Virus record (IMG/VR): IMGVR_UViG_3300032050_000010
DNA length: 64,000 nucleotides
Source of the DNA: a virus
Strand: one strand, 5' to 3'
The notes below the pieces were generated by a model. The model did no database searches, was not told the origin of the DNA, and saw nothing but the letters and a program-made list of their open reading frames with translations. Position numbers and translations under genes: made by a program. Shown here one piece after another: positions 8,902 to 18,795 of this stretch. How positions within the stretch are numbered: position 1 is the stretch's first letter; every line of letters starts with the position of its first letter.

Positions 8902-11900
8902 ATGGCGCTAATAGGAACTATATCTGGGAGCAACGGTACTTCCACAACAGCAATCTCAGGTTCATTGATCATAGCAGACGAGCCCCTATCGAGATTTCCA
9001 GCTTTGGCGTCGGGTGTTAAGCTCTTTGTCTCAGGAAATAAGACGCCTCTCGGCTCAGACACACCTAACTCAATCTTTGGCGGTGATACATTCGTCTCCG
9101 GCGCTTTTGGCACTGACTCATACATCCAAATGAAGCCAGTTGGCACTCTCGCGATCCCTACCAATACCACCGCAAGTTACATCTACACCTCCGGATCCAC
9201 CAACGACCTCTACTTCACACAGTACCAGCCGGGAACGGGATACACCAATACGACACGACTCAGATGGCTCGAAGGAAATCTGTCTACTGGTCTCCTCCAC
9301 GGCGGTGTCCTCTCGACTGAGAATGGGACAACTACATTCAGCATTACATCGGGCTCCGGTCTGATCATCGACTACAACGCCTCTACAGTCGACGAACCCT
9401 ATCCCACAATAGTTCAAGTCGACTGGCCCGCCTATGTGAGCTCTTCACTTCCCAATATCTCGACAGCAGAGATCACCTATATTGCCATCGATTCTACAGG
9501 CGCGCTTGTCAAGCAGAATACGGCGTACATAGACGGAGACTTCGAGGACAAAATTGTCATAGGTCGTGTCCTCCACCAGAATGGTTCAGTCACTAACGGC
9601 ACCATCACTTCACCCACTGTCGCCTACGGCCAGACAGGTTTTAGAGGTGACTTCATCCGTGCATTCGGGCCTCTTAAGCTCGGCGGTCACGTTGTCTCAG
9701 TCAATGCAACCGCTACCAACCCTCCCACAAATACACAATTTCTCGGTCTTGCGAAGACGGCAGGAGACTCATACGTCGAGGGCAGGAACTACACCACAAA
9801 TCCAAACTCTCCCAACTACATCAAGTCTACAACTGACACTGCTCTAACGACATCGAAGATATACAGGGAGTATGTCAATAGCTCAGGTGTTCCTGTCATT
9901 GACACAGGCGTTGCGAATGCCGGTTACACGGCAGTCGACGTAACGAACTACAATAATGCCGGAACACTCACACCCATAGGCTCAGGAAACAAGTACACAA
10001 TCCAGCGTCTATACTGGTTCCCAAACTCTGTCAATAGAGCAATCTTTGCCTACTATGGCAATGCCATCTACACAACAATTGATGAAGCAGAGGCAGCTAT
10101 TGGGTCTGAGGCTTTCACCGAGGGTGATAATACACGTGACGCAGCAATACTTCTCGGTTATCTTATCGTCAAGGAAGGTGCGACAGATCTCAATAATGCT
10201 ACACAGGCCAAACTTATCCAGGCTGGCCTTTCCAGAGCAATCGCATCTACAGGCGGCGGTGGGAGTGCTACTACACCTGGTGGATCTGACACTTACGTCC
10301 AATACAATGACGGTGGATCGTTCAACGGAACAAACGATTTTAGATTTATCGAAGGAACAGGCACAGTTCTAGCTGCCAATCTATTTGTTACAGGAACCGC
10401 AGCAGGATCGCTGGTCTCATCCGGAACTTTCCAGGTTAAGGGCGGATCTGGAAACATTGTTGGTAGCATCTCAACAGGCGGCATCATCAGCGGATCGAGC
10501 GATCTACAGATCGGTGGAAACATCACTGGCTCAAACCTTCTTATCAATGGTGATATCACAGGATCAAACCTGCGTCTCACAGGAGACATTGCAGTACTCG
10601 GCGGAGACCTGACAACTACAGCCGCAACATTCAATCTCGCGACAAATCTAGGCACACAGCTGAATGTGGGAGGAACGACACCAACAATCAGTATTGGCAC
10701 TTCAACTGGCGCATCAACAGTTGGTATCGCCACTGGTACGAACACTCTCGCAGCCGTGATCAAGAACGTCAATATCGGAACAGGTACAGCATCCACGTCG
10801 ACAGTCCTCGTCAACATCGGATCGTCGGGATCTCTTGGGCGGACGACGCTAAACAATGACGTTTTTCTAACAACAGGGAACATCGTCGGATCTCCGGGAA
10901 GCGGTGGTGTGAACATGATGTCGCTGATCTCCAGTGGTAACATCATTGCGAGACTGGACACTGATAACAGTGCGCCTGGTCACAAGTTTGCTGTACAAAA
11001 CTACAATAGTGCTGACCAGTTCAGCGTAACTGAGACAGGTGATGCTGAGATTGCTAATACTCTGTTTGTAACTGGTAGCATTACAACAAGTGGTAGCCTA
11101 CGGTCAATCAACTCATCAGGCGACGAGGGAGGAGAGATATTCCTCTCGAAGTCCGTCACTAGCACAACACTCACGGGTGGCGTAACAATTGATGTTTGGC
11201 AGAATAGACTGAGAATGTTTGAGCAGGGAGGAAGTGCAAGGGGTTACTATCTCGACATAACAAAGGGTGGTGATTCCGTCACATCTGACCTATTCAGAGG
11301 CGACCCAATGTTCGCCTTCCTGAACAGGAGGATGCTAATTGCGCAGGTTGAGGATAGCGTAGCATCAGGCTTCTTTGGTATGTTTCCTTTCGACATCGCA
11401 ACATCGGTGTCCAATACATCATCTGTGTTAGGAAACTCAGATGCCACTATGGGATTTACCTCTCCGGCGACAGCGAACACTGCAGCAGCGTGGCGGACCA
11501 CTAACACGTGGGCACGTATTGGTCATACGGGAAGGATGAGAGTCAGACTTACGACAGGCTTAGACATAACAAGCCAGACAATTACGTTTGGGCTTGGAAC
11601 AGGAACAAGCACTAGCTCTGCTGGTAACTCATTCTCTTTCTCTCCAGCAGAGTCACAAATCTTAGCTGTCTATAATGCTGGTACTGCAAACTGGCTTTTA
11701 CTGACAAAAGATGGTACAACAGCAAATACAGTGGACACAGGCGTTGCAGTTGCCTCTAACACAGAGTATTTTATTGAGATAATTTTCACAGCCAGCACAG
11801 TGACGTTGAGTGTTAACGGCAGCACGCCGGTCTCAAGCTCCACAAACTTGCCAGCAGCAGGGACATCTTTATACCCAAGAGCCGGTATTAATCCTACAAC

Positions 11901-11967
11901 AAACGCAATCAGAGGAATGTTTATCAGCAGAATGGTTTTCGAGGCTGGTCAAGTCACGTCATATTAA
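8902..11967 (+). CDS. Long tail fibre / receptor-binding-like protein
   Basis: 1021 aa, G/S/T-rich, N-terminus paralogous to 6988..8832, internal GDITGSNL repeats, beta-rich C-terminus. Confidence 0.75.
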   Translation: MALIGTISGSNGTSTTAISGSLIIADEPLSRFPALASGVKLFVSGNKTPLGSDTPNSIFGGDTFVSGAFGTDSYIQMKPVGTLAIPTNTTASYIYTSGSTNDLYFTQYQPGTGYTNTTRLRWLEGNLSTGLLHGGVLSTENGTTTFSITSGSGLIIDYNASTVDEPYPTIVQVDWPAYVSSSLPNISTAEITYIAIDSTGALVKQNTAYIDGDFEDKIVIGRVLHQNGSVTNGTITSPTVAYGQTGFRGDFIRAFGPLKLGGHVVSVNATATNPPTNTQFLGLAKTAGDSYVEGRNYTTNPNSPNYIKSTTDTALTTSKIYREYVNSSGVPVIDTGVANAGYTAVDVTNYNNAGTLTPIGSGNKYTIQRLYWFPNSVNRAIFAYYGNAIYTTIDEAEAAIGSEAFTEGDNTRDAAILLGYLIVKEGATDLNNATQAKLIQAGLSRAIASTGGGGSATTPGGSDTYVQYNDGGSFNGTNDFRFIEGTGTVLAANLFVTGTAAGSLVSSGTFQVKGGSGNIVGSISTGGIISGSSDLQIGGNITGSNLLINGDITGSNLRLTGDIAVLGGDLTTTAATFNLATNLGTQLNVGGTTPTISIGTSTGASTVGIATGTNTLAAVIKNVNIGTGTASTSTVLVNIGSSGSLGRTTLNNDVFLTTGNIVGSPGSGGVNMMSLISSGNIIARLDTDNSAPGHKFAVQNYNSADQFSVTETGDAEIANTLFVTGSITTSGSLRSINSSGDEGGEIFLSKSVTSTTLTGGVTIDVWQNRLRMFEQGGSARGYYLDITKGGDSVTSDLFRGDPMFAFLNRRMLIAQVEDSVASGFFGMFPFDIATSVSNTSSVLGNSDATMGFTSPATANTAAAWRTTNTWARIGHTGRMRVRLTTGLDITSQTITFGLGTGTSTSSAGNSFSFSPAESQILAVYNAGTANWLLLTKDGTTANTVDTGVAVASNTEYFIEIIFTASTVTLSVNGSTPVSSSTNLPAAGTSLYPRAGINPTTNAIRGMFISRMVFEAGQVTSY

Positions 11968-11977
11968 TGGAGAATTT

Positions 11978-12178
11978 ATGATCAAGTCACTAATCTTAGA
12001 AGAAGAAGGCCAGTCCACCGTCGAGTACATGCTGCTCATCAGCGTGATTGTCATCGCGATCGTCGCTGCGGCTTATGTGTTCATCGATCCCTTTAAGCAG
12101 GGTGTACTGGATCTGGCAAAAGACATCAAGAAGATCCTCTCCGACGGCAAGATAGGCAGAGTGGGCACAACTCGTTAA
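11978..12178 (+). CDS. flp: Flp-family (Tad, type IVb/c) prepilin
   Basis: GGAG RBS and ATG 11978. Protein MIKSLILEEEG|QSTVEYMLLISVIVIAIVAAAYVF... has an 11-residue leader ending in Gly, E at +5, Y at +6, then a hydrophobic helix; 66 aa. Confidence 0.85.
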   Translation: MIKSLILEEEGQSTVEYMLLISVIVIAIVAAAYVFIDPFKQGVLDLAKDIKKILSDGKIGRVGTTR

Positions 12179-12208
12179 CTACAATGGGGTCAGAAATACA
12201 ATCTGTTC

Positions 12209-14080
12209 ATGGAAAAACAGATTATCTTTGTTGCTGACCTCTTTGCAGAACAATATGCCGGCGGTGCCGAACTAACTTCAGATGCACTAATTGAAGCATC
12301 ACCCACACTTGTCAAGAAAGTTCACGCAAAGAACTTGACCGTTGAGTTCTTGCAGCAGAATGTTGACGCTTTCTGGATCTTTGGCAATTTCTCATCCATC
12401 AACTGGTCACTGATCCCAGTCATCGCAGCCAATCTTCGTTATGCTGTTCTCGAGTACGACTACAAGTTCTGCCTCCACCGCTCAATTGAGAAGCACAAGC
12501 ACGAGACAGGTCAGGAGTGTGACTGTCACAAGCGACAGCTGGGTCAAATGGTTGCAGGCTTCTACCAGGCTGCGGATGCGATCTTCTGGATGTCTGAGCA
12601 GCAGCGCGCGCGCTATACAGAGCGGTTCCCAAATCTGTTGGGGCACAGGAATTCACATGTCCTAAGCTCTGTATTTGATAGTCGTTTCTTTGAGAAGATT
12701 AATCAACTTAAGAGCAAGACAGTTGATAGAAGCGGCTGGATCGTCCTCGGGTCACAGTCATGGATCAAGGGCTATGAAGACGCTGTGAAGTGGTGTGAGG
12801 ACAACGGAAAGAAGTTTCAAAGCTACTGGGATGTTCCGTACGAGGAACTGCTTGACGTCATGTCAAGATCTGAGGGATTTGTTTATCTTCCACGTGGAGG
12901 TGACACATGTCCGAGAATGGTGATCGAGGCAAAGCTTCTTGGATGTGAAGTCGTTACCAACGACAACGTGCAGCATGCAGCAGAAAAATGGTGGAATGCC
13001 AACCCAGATGATGTCTGTGATTATTTGAAGGGTAGGCCTGATGTGTTTTGGGCGGCCATAAATAATGTGATCCAGCATCAACCGACGCTGTCTGGTTACA
13101 GCACAACCTACAATTGTGTCGATCAAAACTATCCATTCGTCGAGTCGATCACGTCTCTTCTGGATGTCTGTGATGAGGTTGTCGTCGTCGACGGTGGATC
13201 GACAGATGGTACCTGGGATGTCCTAACTGCGATGTCAAATGAGAACCCAAAGCTCAAGATCAAGCAGATCGAGCGTGACTGGAACCATCCACGACACTCT
13301 GTCTTTGATGGTATGCAGAAGGCAGCTGCTCGTGAGCTCTGCACGGGTGACTTCTGCTGGCAGCAGGACGTCGACGAGATAATCCATCAGAATGATTACC
13401 AGAAGATCCGTAATTTGCTCACATCGTCACCCAAGAGTGTAAATCTCATCTGCTTGCCTGTGACAGAATTCTGGGGTAACAAGGGTAAGATCCGGATCGA
13501 CATTAATCCCTGGAAGTGGCGCCTGAGTAGAAACCACCCAGAGATCACGCACGGCATCCCAGCAAGCCTGCGTCGTCAAGATGAGAATGGTGATCTCTAC
13601 TCTGCACCAGGATCAGATGGATGTGATTACATCACACGAAGCACAGGTGATCTAGTTCCAAATGTCAACTTCCATACGCAGCAGACAGAACAATTGCGTC
13701 AAGCTGCTGCGAGAGATCCTGCAGCAAGGCAGCAGTATGTCCAATGGCTGACAGCAGTGATCCAGAACTTACCTGGCGTCTACCACTATTCATGGTTCAA
13801 TCTTCCTCGTAAGATTAGAACTTACAAGAACTACTGGTCACGTCACTGGCAGAGCATGTACAACATCAGCCAGGATGATACAGCAGAGAACAACATGTTC
13901 TTCAATAAGCCTTGGGCTGACGTAAGTGATGATGAGATTGACCAGCTTGCTGCCCGCCTTGAGCAAGAGATGGGTGGTTGGATCTTCCACCGTAAGATTG
14001 ATTGGAACAATCCTACACCGAGTGTTATGATAAATGAAGTAACACATCCGGCTGTGATGGAAGATTATGTCAACTCCTAA
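12209..14080 (+). CDS. Two-domain glycosyltransferase (GT-B-like + GT2)
   Basis: N-half has FVYLPRGGDTCPRMVIEAKLLGC (GT-B type). C-half has DEVVVVDGGSTDGT and QQDVDE (GT-A DXD). Confidence 0.8.
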   Translation: MEKQIIFVADLFAEQYAGGAELTSDALIEASPTLVKKVHAKNLTVEFLQQNVDAFWIFGNFSSINWSLIPVIAANLRYAVLEYDYKFCLHRSIEKHKHETGQECDCHKRQLGQMVAGFYQAADAIFWMSEQQRARYTERFPNLLGHRNSHVLSSVFDSRFFEKINQLKSKTVDRSGWIVLGSQSWIKGYEDAVKWCEDNGKKFQSYWDVPYEELLDVMSRSEGFVYLPRGGDTCPRMVIEAKLLGCEVVTNDNVQHAAEKWWNANPDDVCDYLKGRPDVFWAAINNVIQHQPTLSGYSTTYNCVDQNYPFVESITSLLDVCDEVVVVDGGSTDGTWDVLTAMSNENPKLKIKQIERDWNHPRHSVFDGMQKAAARELCTGDFCWQQDVDEIIHQNDYQKIRNLLTSSPKSVNLICLPVTEFWGNKGKIRIDINPWKWRLSRNHPEITHGIPASLRRQDENGDLYSAPGSDGCDYITRSTGDLVPNVNFHTQQTEQLRQAAARDPAARQQYVQWLTAVIQNLPGVYHYSWFNLPRKIRTYKNYWSRHWQSMYNISQDDTAENNMFFNKPWADVSDDEIDQLAARLEQEMGGWIFHRKIDWNNPTPSVMINEVTHPAVMEDYVNS

Positions 14081-14798
14081 AGTACTAGTCACGATATGCT
14101 GCTACAACCACGGTAAATACCTTAATGAATCAGTTCAGAGTATTATCGACCAGACATACACAAATTTGGATATCTGCATAGTTGACGACGGATCAGATGC
14201 AGACCAGCATATCGGCAGGATAACAAAAGATCTACAGCAAAGAGATGCTAGGATCCGTGTCATTGCATTGCCTAAAAATATTGGTAAGTGGCACGGTCTC
14301 AATGAGGCCATAAGGACGACTGACGCAGTTCTTTGTACATCGCATGATGCAGATGACATCTCGCTTCCTGACAGGATCGAGAGGCAAGTTACGTGCCTCA
14401 TGAAGACACAAACACTTCACAACCTTTGCGGATTTCATCACTGCTGGTCAGAAGATGATGTTGCGAAGATTAAAAGAGATTACACGTCACCGACCGAACT
14501 CCAAGTAGTGGATCCAGAGATTGTCTCAAGAGCAGTTATGACAGGTAGAAGCACGCCAGGAATAAATCATTACTTTACAGGTCAATTTGAGACAGCAGGT
14601 GTTAGTGCGCTATTTTATAGACAGATTTGGGAGATGGGCATAAGATTTAATCCGCCTAGTGCAGGAATTAGAACACTTGTTAGTGAAGATAGTGATTTTA
14701 ATTTTAGAGTAACTGCCCTCTTGAGCAGAACATCGATCCTAGCAGAGCAACCTTACTGCTATAGAAGAAATACTAGCACAAATACGGAACTAAGATGA
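14067..14798 (+). CDS. GT2 glycosyltransferase
   Basis: CYNHGKYLNESVQSIIDQTY, IVDDGSD, HDADD, SEDSDF. Confidence 0.88.
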   Translation: MSTPKVLVTICCYNHGKYLNESVQSIIDQTYTNLDICIVDDGSDADQHIGRITKDLQQRDARIRVIALPKNIGKWHGLNEAIRTTDAVLCTSHDADDISLPDRIERQVTCLMKTQTLHNLCGFHHCWSEDDVAKIKRDYTSPTELQVVDPEIVSRAVMTGRSTPGINHYFTGQFETAGVSALFYRQIWEMGIRFNPPSAGIRTLVSEDSDFNFRVTALLSRTSILAEQPYCYRRNTSTNTELR

Positions 14799-15517
14799 AG
14801 ATTCTTTTTAAGTACCCAACAAGGGGTAGACCACTTAAGTTCTTTAGAGCTTTAGATCGCTACTATGAGCTTATGACAGGGAGCAACTTTGAATTTGTAA
14901 TATCAATTGACAGCGATGATGAGACCATGAACAACCATGAGGTAACATCACTCTTGTCGAGATATCAAAATCTATCACTTATTGTCGGTAACTCAAAAAA
15001 CAAAATTGAAGCAATAAATGCTGATTTGTCAGGAAAAGACTTTGATATTCTAGTGCTTGTAAGTGATGACATGATACCAGAGATAAACGGATTTGACGAT
15101 ATCATTCGCGCTGAAATGGAGAAAAACTACCCCGATCGAGACGGCGTGTTGTGGTTCTTTGATGGATGGAGAAGAGATCTAAACACGCTCTGCATTCTCG
15201 GGAAGAATTACTACGATAGATTTGGCTACATCTATCATCCTGCCTACAAGAGCTTTTGGTGCGATACAGAGTTCACAGAAGTCGCTAATATGCTAAAAAA
15301 GCAGGTCTTCATAGACAATGTCATTATTAGACATCTTCACCCCGATGTAGTTATGCAAGATAAAAATGCTTTCATTAAGTTTAATGAAATTCTTCCTGAG
15401 TTTGTTGAGCACAAGAGCTTTGGGCATGATGCTACATGGCAGAAAAATAGCTTACCAGGTGATCCTGACAAAGACGTATATCAAGAAAGAAGATTTAAAA
15501 ATTTTGATATAAACTAG
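14795..15517 (+). CDS. GT-A fold glycosyltransferase
   Basis: YPTRGRP, SIDSDD, LVSDDMIP, WCDTEF, IRHLH. Confidence 0.7.
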   Translation: MKILFKYPTRGRPLKFFRALDRYYELMTGSNFEFVISIDSDDETMNNHEVTSLLSRYQNLSLIVGNSKNKIEAINADLSGKDFDILVLVSDDMIPEINGFDDIIRAEMEKNYPDRDGVLWFFDGWRRDLNTLCILGKNYYDRFGYIYHPAYKSFWCDTEFTEVANMLKKQVFIDNVIIRHLHPDVVMQDKNAFIKFNEILPEFVEHKSFGHDATWQKNSLPGDPDKDVYQERRFKNFDIN

Positions 15518-15571
15518 GCTTTTTATAGCTTATTCTTCAATAAGATTGAAGACACAAGGAGAAATTAATAA

Positions 15572-16189
15572 ATGGATTATTCCCAGTACGGTGAAGACGA
15601 ATTAATAAGCAATTATTTTAATGGTAGAACCGGTTTTTTTATAGACATTGGCGCAGCTGATGGCATTGAAAATTCTAATACAAGAAAATTAACAGAATCA
15701 GGCTGGTCAGGACTTTTAGTAGAGCCTTGTCGTCATTTTTTTAAACCTCTAAACGCACTTTATGAAAAAGATAGTAATATCAAGCTATACAATGGTGCAA
15801 TCTCTGATTTTAATGGGAAAACTTTGTTTTACGTCTATGAAACAGGTAATGATTCTCAAGGATCAACTATATCAATTGCTCAAAAAGAGGGCATAGAAAA
15901 ATCAAGTTGGTTTACTGGAAAGTTTACGCAGAGCTATGAAGTTGATGTTAAAACGCCGCTTTCCTTAATGAAAGACTATGAAGTTCCACACAATATCCAA
16001 TTTGTTGACATTGATGCAGAAGGTTCTGACATGCAGATATTAAAAGCATGGCCCTGGAATGAATTCAATGTTGAACTCTTTTGTATAGAATTTTCTATGG
16101 GTAAAGATGTGTTAGAAACATTTATGGCATCTAAAGGTTATGTGAACAACATGACATCAGGCGGAAACATGTTCTTTATTAGAAGATGA
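15572..16189 (+). CDS. FkbM-family methyltransferase
   Basis: YSQYGED, FIDIGAADG...SNT, LLVEP, DIDAEGSD. Confidence 0.88.
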   Translation: MDYSQYGEDELISNYFNGRTGFFIDIGAADGIENSNTRKLTESGWSGLLVEPCRHFFKPLNALYEKDSNIKLYNGAISDFNGKTLFYVYETGNDSQGSTISIAQKEGIEKSSWFTGKFTQSYEVDVKTPLSLMKDYEVPHNIQFVDIDAEGSDMQILKAWPWNEFNVELFCIEFSMGKDVLETFMASKGYVNNMTSGGNMFFIRR

Positions 16190-17091
16190 TTATGAAAAAA
16201 GCAATAGTTCTATTTCCTTATAAAGAACGAGATCTAACTGATCTAAGCAATACATCAACAGCAGTTTGCAGACAGCTTGTAAGTCTAGGTTATGAAGTAA
16301 AAAGCATCTCTATGCTTTCTAGCCAGAATGGAGACTATAGAGGTGATGCCGAAAAAGATGCATTTAATCTTTTGAATAGTGGATTCGATGCAAAATTTAT
16401 ACTTGCTTTAGATTACGGACCCTGGCCAGGCACATACTGGAATAAGACAAATTTTCCAAATGTGCATCTTGTGTATGAGTGCGGTGATGAGCCTCAATCA
16501 TTTTATTCTCATTCAAGAAAGGCACACAACTCTGATCTGATCTTGACACCTGACTATCGGTGTCATTCTTTGTATAGTGAAGTCTTTAAAAAAAGATCAA
16601 TGTGGTGGCCGCAATTTGTAATTGATGAAACTTATCTGACAGATTTTAATGATTCTTCTAACATTTGTGTGACTACTTGTGGCGACCGTGGAGATACAAC
16701 ACGACATGTTCAAGATTCACTCAAAGAAAAATTTATCAATAAAAGAGTCTGGGGAAGTGATCATGCAAATTTTCTTGCCTCGGGAAATGTCATATTTCAA
16801 GAAAGCAAGAACAAAGAAATCACAAGAAGAGTTATTGAAGGTGCTTGCCTGGGAAGATGTGTAGTAGCTGACAGACCCGCAGAGTCTTCTAGATATTTTG
16901 ATGTCCTCAAAGAAGACGATGAAGTAATTTGGTACGACACAAAAGAAGAAGCAGTAGAAAAAATCACGTATTTTCTTGATCATCCTGAAGAAGCTCGAGA
17001 AATAGGGCGCAGAGCCAAACTTAGAGTCACTCAAGAACACATGTGCTCAACAAGGATAAAATCTCTGATTGAAAGGATAGAATCACTTTGA
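16186..17091 (+). CDS. GT-B glycosyltransferase (CgeB-like)
   Basis: ITRRVIEGACLG...EAVEKITYFLDHPEEAREIG...EH C-terminal pattern. Confidence 0.75.
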   Translation: MIMKKAIVLFPYKERDLTDLSNTSTAVCRQLVSLGYEVKSISMLSSQNGDYRGDAEKDAFNLLNSGFDAKFILALDYGPWPGTYWNKTNFPNVHLVYECGDEPQSFYSHSRKAHNSDLILTPDYRCHSLYSEVFKKRSMWWPQFVIDETYLTDFNDSSNICVTTCGDRGDTTRHVQDSLKEKFINKRVWGSDHANFLASGNVIFQESKNKEITRRVIEGACLGRCVVADRPAESSRYFDVLKEDDEVIWYDTKEEAVEKITYFLDHPEEAREIGRRAKLRVTQEHMCSTRIKSLIERIESL

Positions 17092-18185
17092 AATCAAAAA
17101 TAAAAATTGCTTTTTATTCTCATGCAATAGACTTTGCAGGCACATGGAGATCACACGAAAGGATCGCCGAAATCTTGCAACACGATGATGTTTACGATGT
17201 TTACATCCTCTATTCAGATGTAGACGATCACAATCGTCTTGAAACAGCTAAGAAAGTCTTACACAATTGCAAATTTATTGAATTTCATAGGACATCTACA
17301 AAGAGAGGTCCCGAGTCAGGGTATGCACCCACTGAATCTAATATTGCAGAAATTGTTAGAGAAAACAAGATAGACGTCTTTCATTTTGCTAGAAGCGGTT
17401 ATTATGAATGGCCATTCACATCTAGAATGTGTCCAATTCAAATTGAAACAAATATCTTCGGTTACATCGACAATAGTGATTATGTTGATGGATCTATAGT
17501 AATTTCAAAATTCTTAAAGATTGAAGAGAGCAAAACTAAAAAGGTCATACCAAATCCAATACCGGCACCAAAACTACATGCAAAAGAAGATTTGAGACAG
17601 CAACTAGGCATTGGCAAAGATGATCTAGTATTTGGCAGAATAGGAAGGCCTGATAATTTTACACCAATTGCTCTTGAGGCCTACAGAGAATTCATTAAAA
17701 CTAGCCAGGTAAAGTCAAAGTATGTTATTATTGGAGCTTGCCAAAAGACAAAAGATTATATTGTTGAAAATGGCATGTCTAATAATGTTCTAATTCTAGA
17801 TTGCACTAATGATGATGAATACATCGAGAGATTTCATAAAACAATCGACATATTTGCACACTATAGATCTGATGGTGAGACATTTGGGACTGCTATAGCA
17901 CAAGCAATGATTCACTCAATACCTGTCATTACACATTATGCGGGACAAAATTCTCAACTTGAGACGATTGGTAACGGTGGTTTTTGTGTCAATTCAGCAA
18001 TTGATTACTATAGATGCATGCATTATCTAAGTAACAGAGACAACTTAAATGTGCTAGCAGACAATGCTAAAAAGTTTGCAATTGAAAATTATGAACAAAA
18101 TTTTGTTGTAAGAGCAATCAAGAATTTTTATAATAAAATTATTGAACAAAAAGGACTTATTCATGAAAAAGATAATTGCTTTTAG
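17088..18185 (+). CDS. GT4 glycosyltransferase
   Basis: FGRIGR and DIFAHYRSDGETFGTAIAQAMIHSIPVIT. Confidence 0.8.
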   Translation: MKSKIKIAFYSHAIDFAGTWRSHERIAEILQHDDVYDVYILYSDVDDHNRLETAKKVLHNCKFIEFHRTSTKRGPESGYAPTESNIAEIVRENKIDVFHFARSGYYEWPFTSRMCPIQIETNIFGYIDNSDYVDGSIVISKFLKIEESKTKKVIPNPIPAPKLHAKEDLRQQLGIGKDDLVFGRIGRPDNFTPIALEAYREFIKTSQVKSKYVIIGACQKTKDYIVENGMSNNVLILDCTNDDEYIERFHKTIDIFAHYRSDGETFGTAIAQAMIHSIPVITHYAGQNSQLETIGNGGFCVNSAIDYYRCMHYLSNRDNLNVLADNAKKFAIENYEQNFVVRAIKNFYNKIIEQKGLIHEKDNCF

Positions 18186-18783
18186 TCTGTGGGGCAATAA
18201 ACCAAGATACACGATTGGTGCGATCAAAAATTCAATTCTGGCAAAAGAGTATTATCCTGGGTGGACAGCAAGATTCTACGTAGGCACCGACGTCGATGAA
18301 TCAATTATCACGTCACTTAAAGAAAATGATGCCGAAGTTGTAGTAATGCCAGCAGTATGCGATTGGACAGGAATGTTCTGGAGATTTTTAGCCGCTTCAG
18401 ACCCTGAAGTAGATGTTATGATTTCAAGAGACGCTGATTCTAGACTTTCACTTAGAGAAAAAGCAGCTGTTGATGAGTGGTTAATGTCTGATAAGCAGTT
18501 TCATATTATGCGCGACAACTCACAGCACAATACTTTAATACTTGGAGGAATGTGGGGCGCTCGAGGTGGTATATTAAAAAATATGACTCATCTAATTGAT
18601 GCTTACAACAAGGGCAATTATTGGCAGATTGACCAGCAATTTCTTAGAGACATTGTCTATCCAATTGTAAGAGATAATGCCATGGTTCATGATGAATATT
18701 TTGAAAAAAAGCCGTGGCCCACACCTAGAATTGGAAATGAATTTGTGGGAGATGCTTTTGATGAAAATGACGTTAGCTTATGA
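18163..18783 (+). CDS. Putative glycosyltransferase-like protein (DXD)
   Basis: IIAFSLWG, GMFWRF, ISRDADSR, GGMWG, DQQFL. Start placed at ATG 18163 after AAGGA. Confidence 0.55.
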   Translation: MKKIIAFSLWGNKPRYTIGAIKNSILAKEYYPGWTARFYVGTDVDESIITSLKENDAEVVVMPAVCDWTGMFWRFLAASDPEVDVMISRDADSRLSLREKAAVDEWLMSDKQFHIMRDNSQHNTLILGGMWGARGGILKNMTHLIDAYNKGNYWQIDQQFLRDIVYPIVRDNAMVHDEYFEKKPWPTPRIGNEFVGDAFDENDVSL

Positions 18784-18795
18784 GGAAATTAATAC

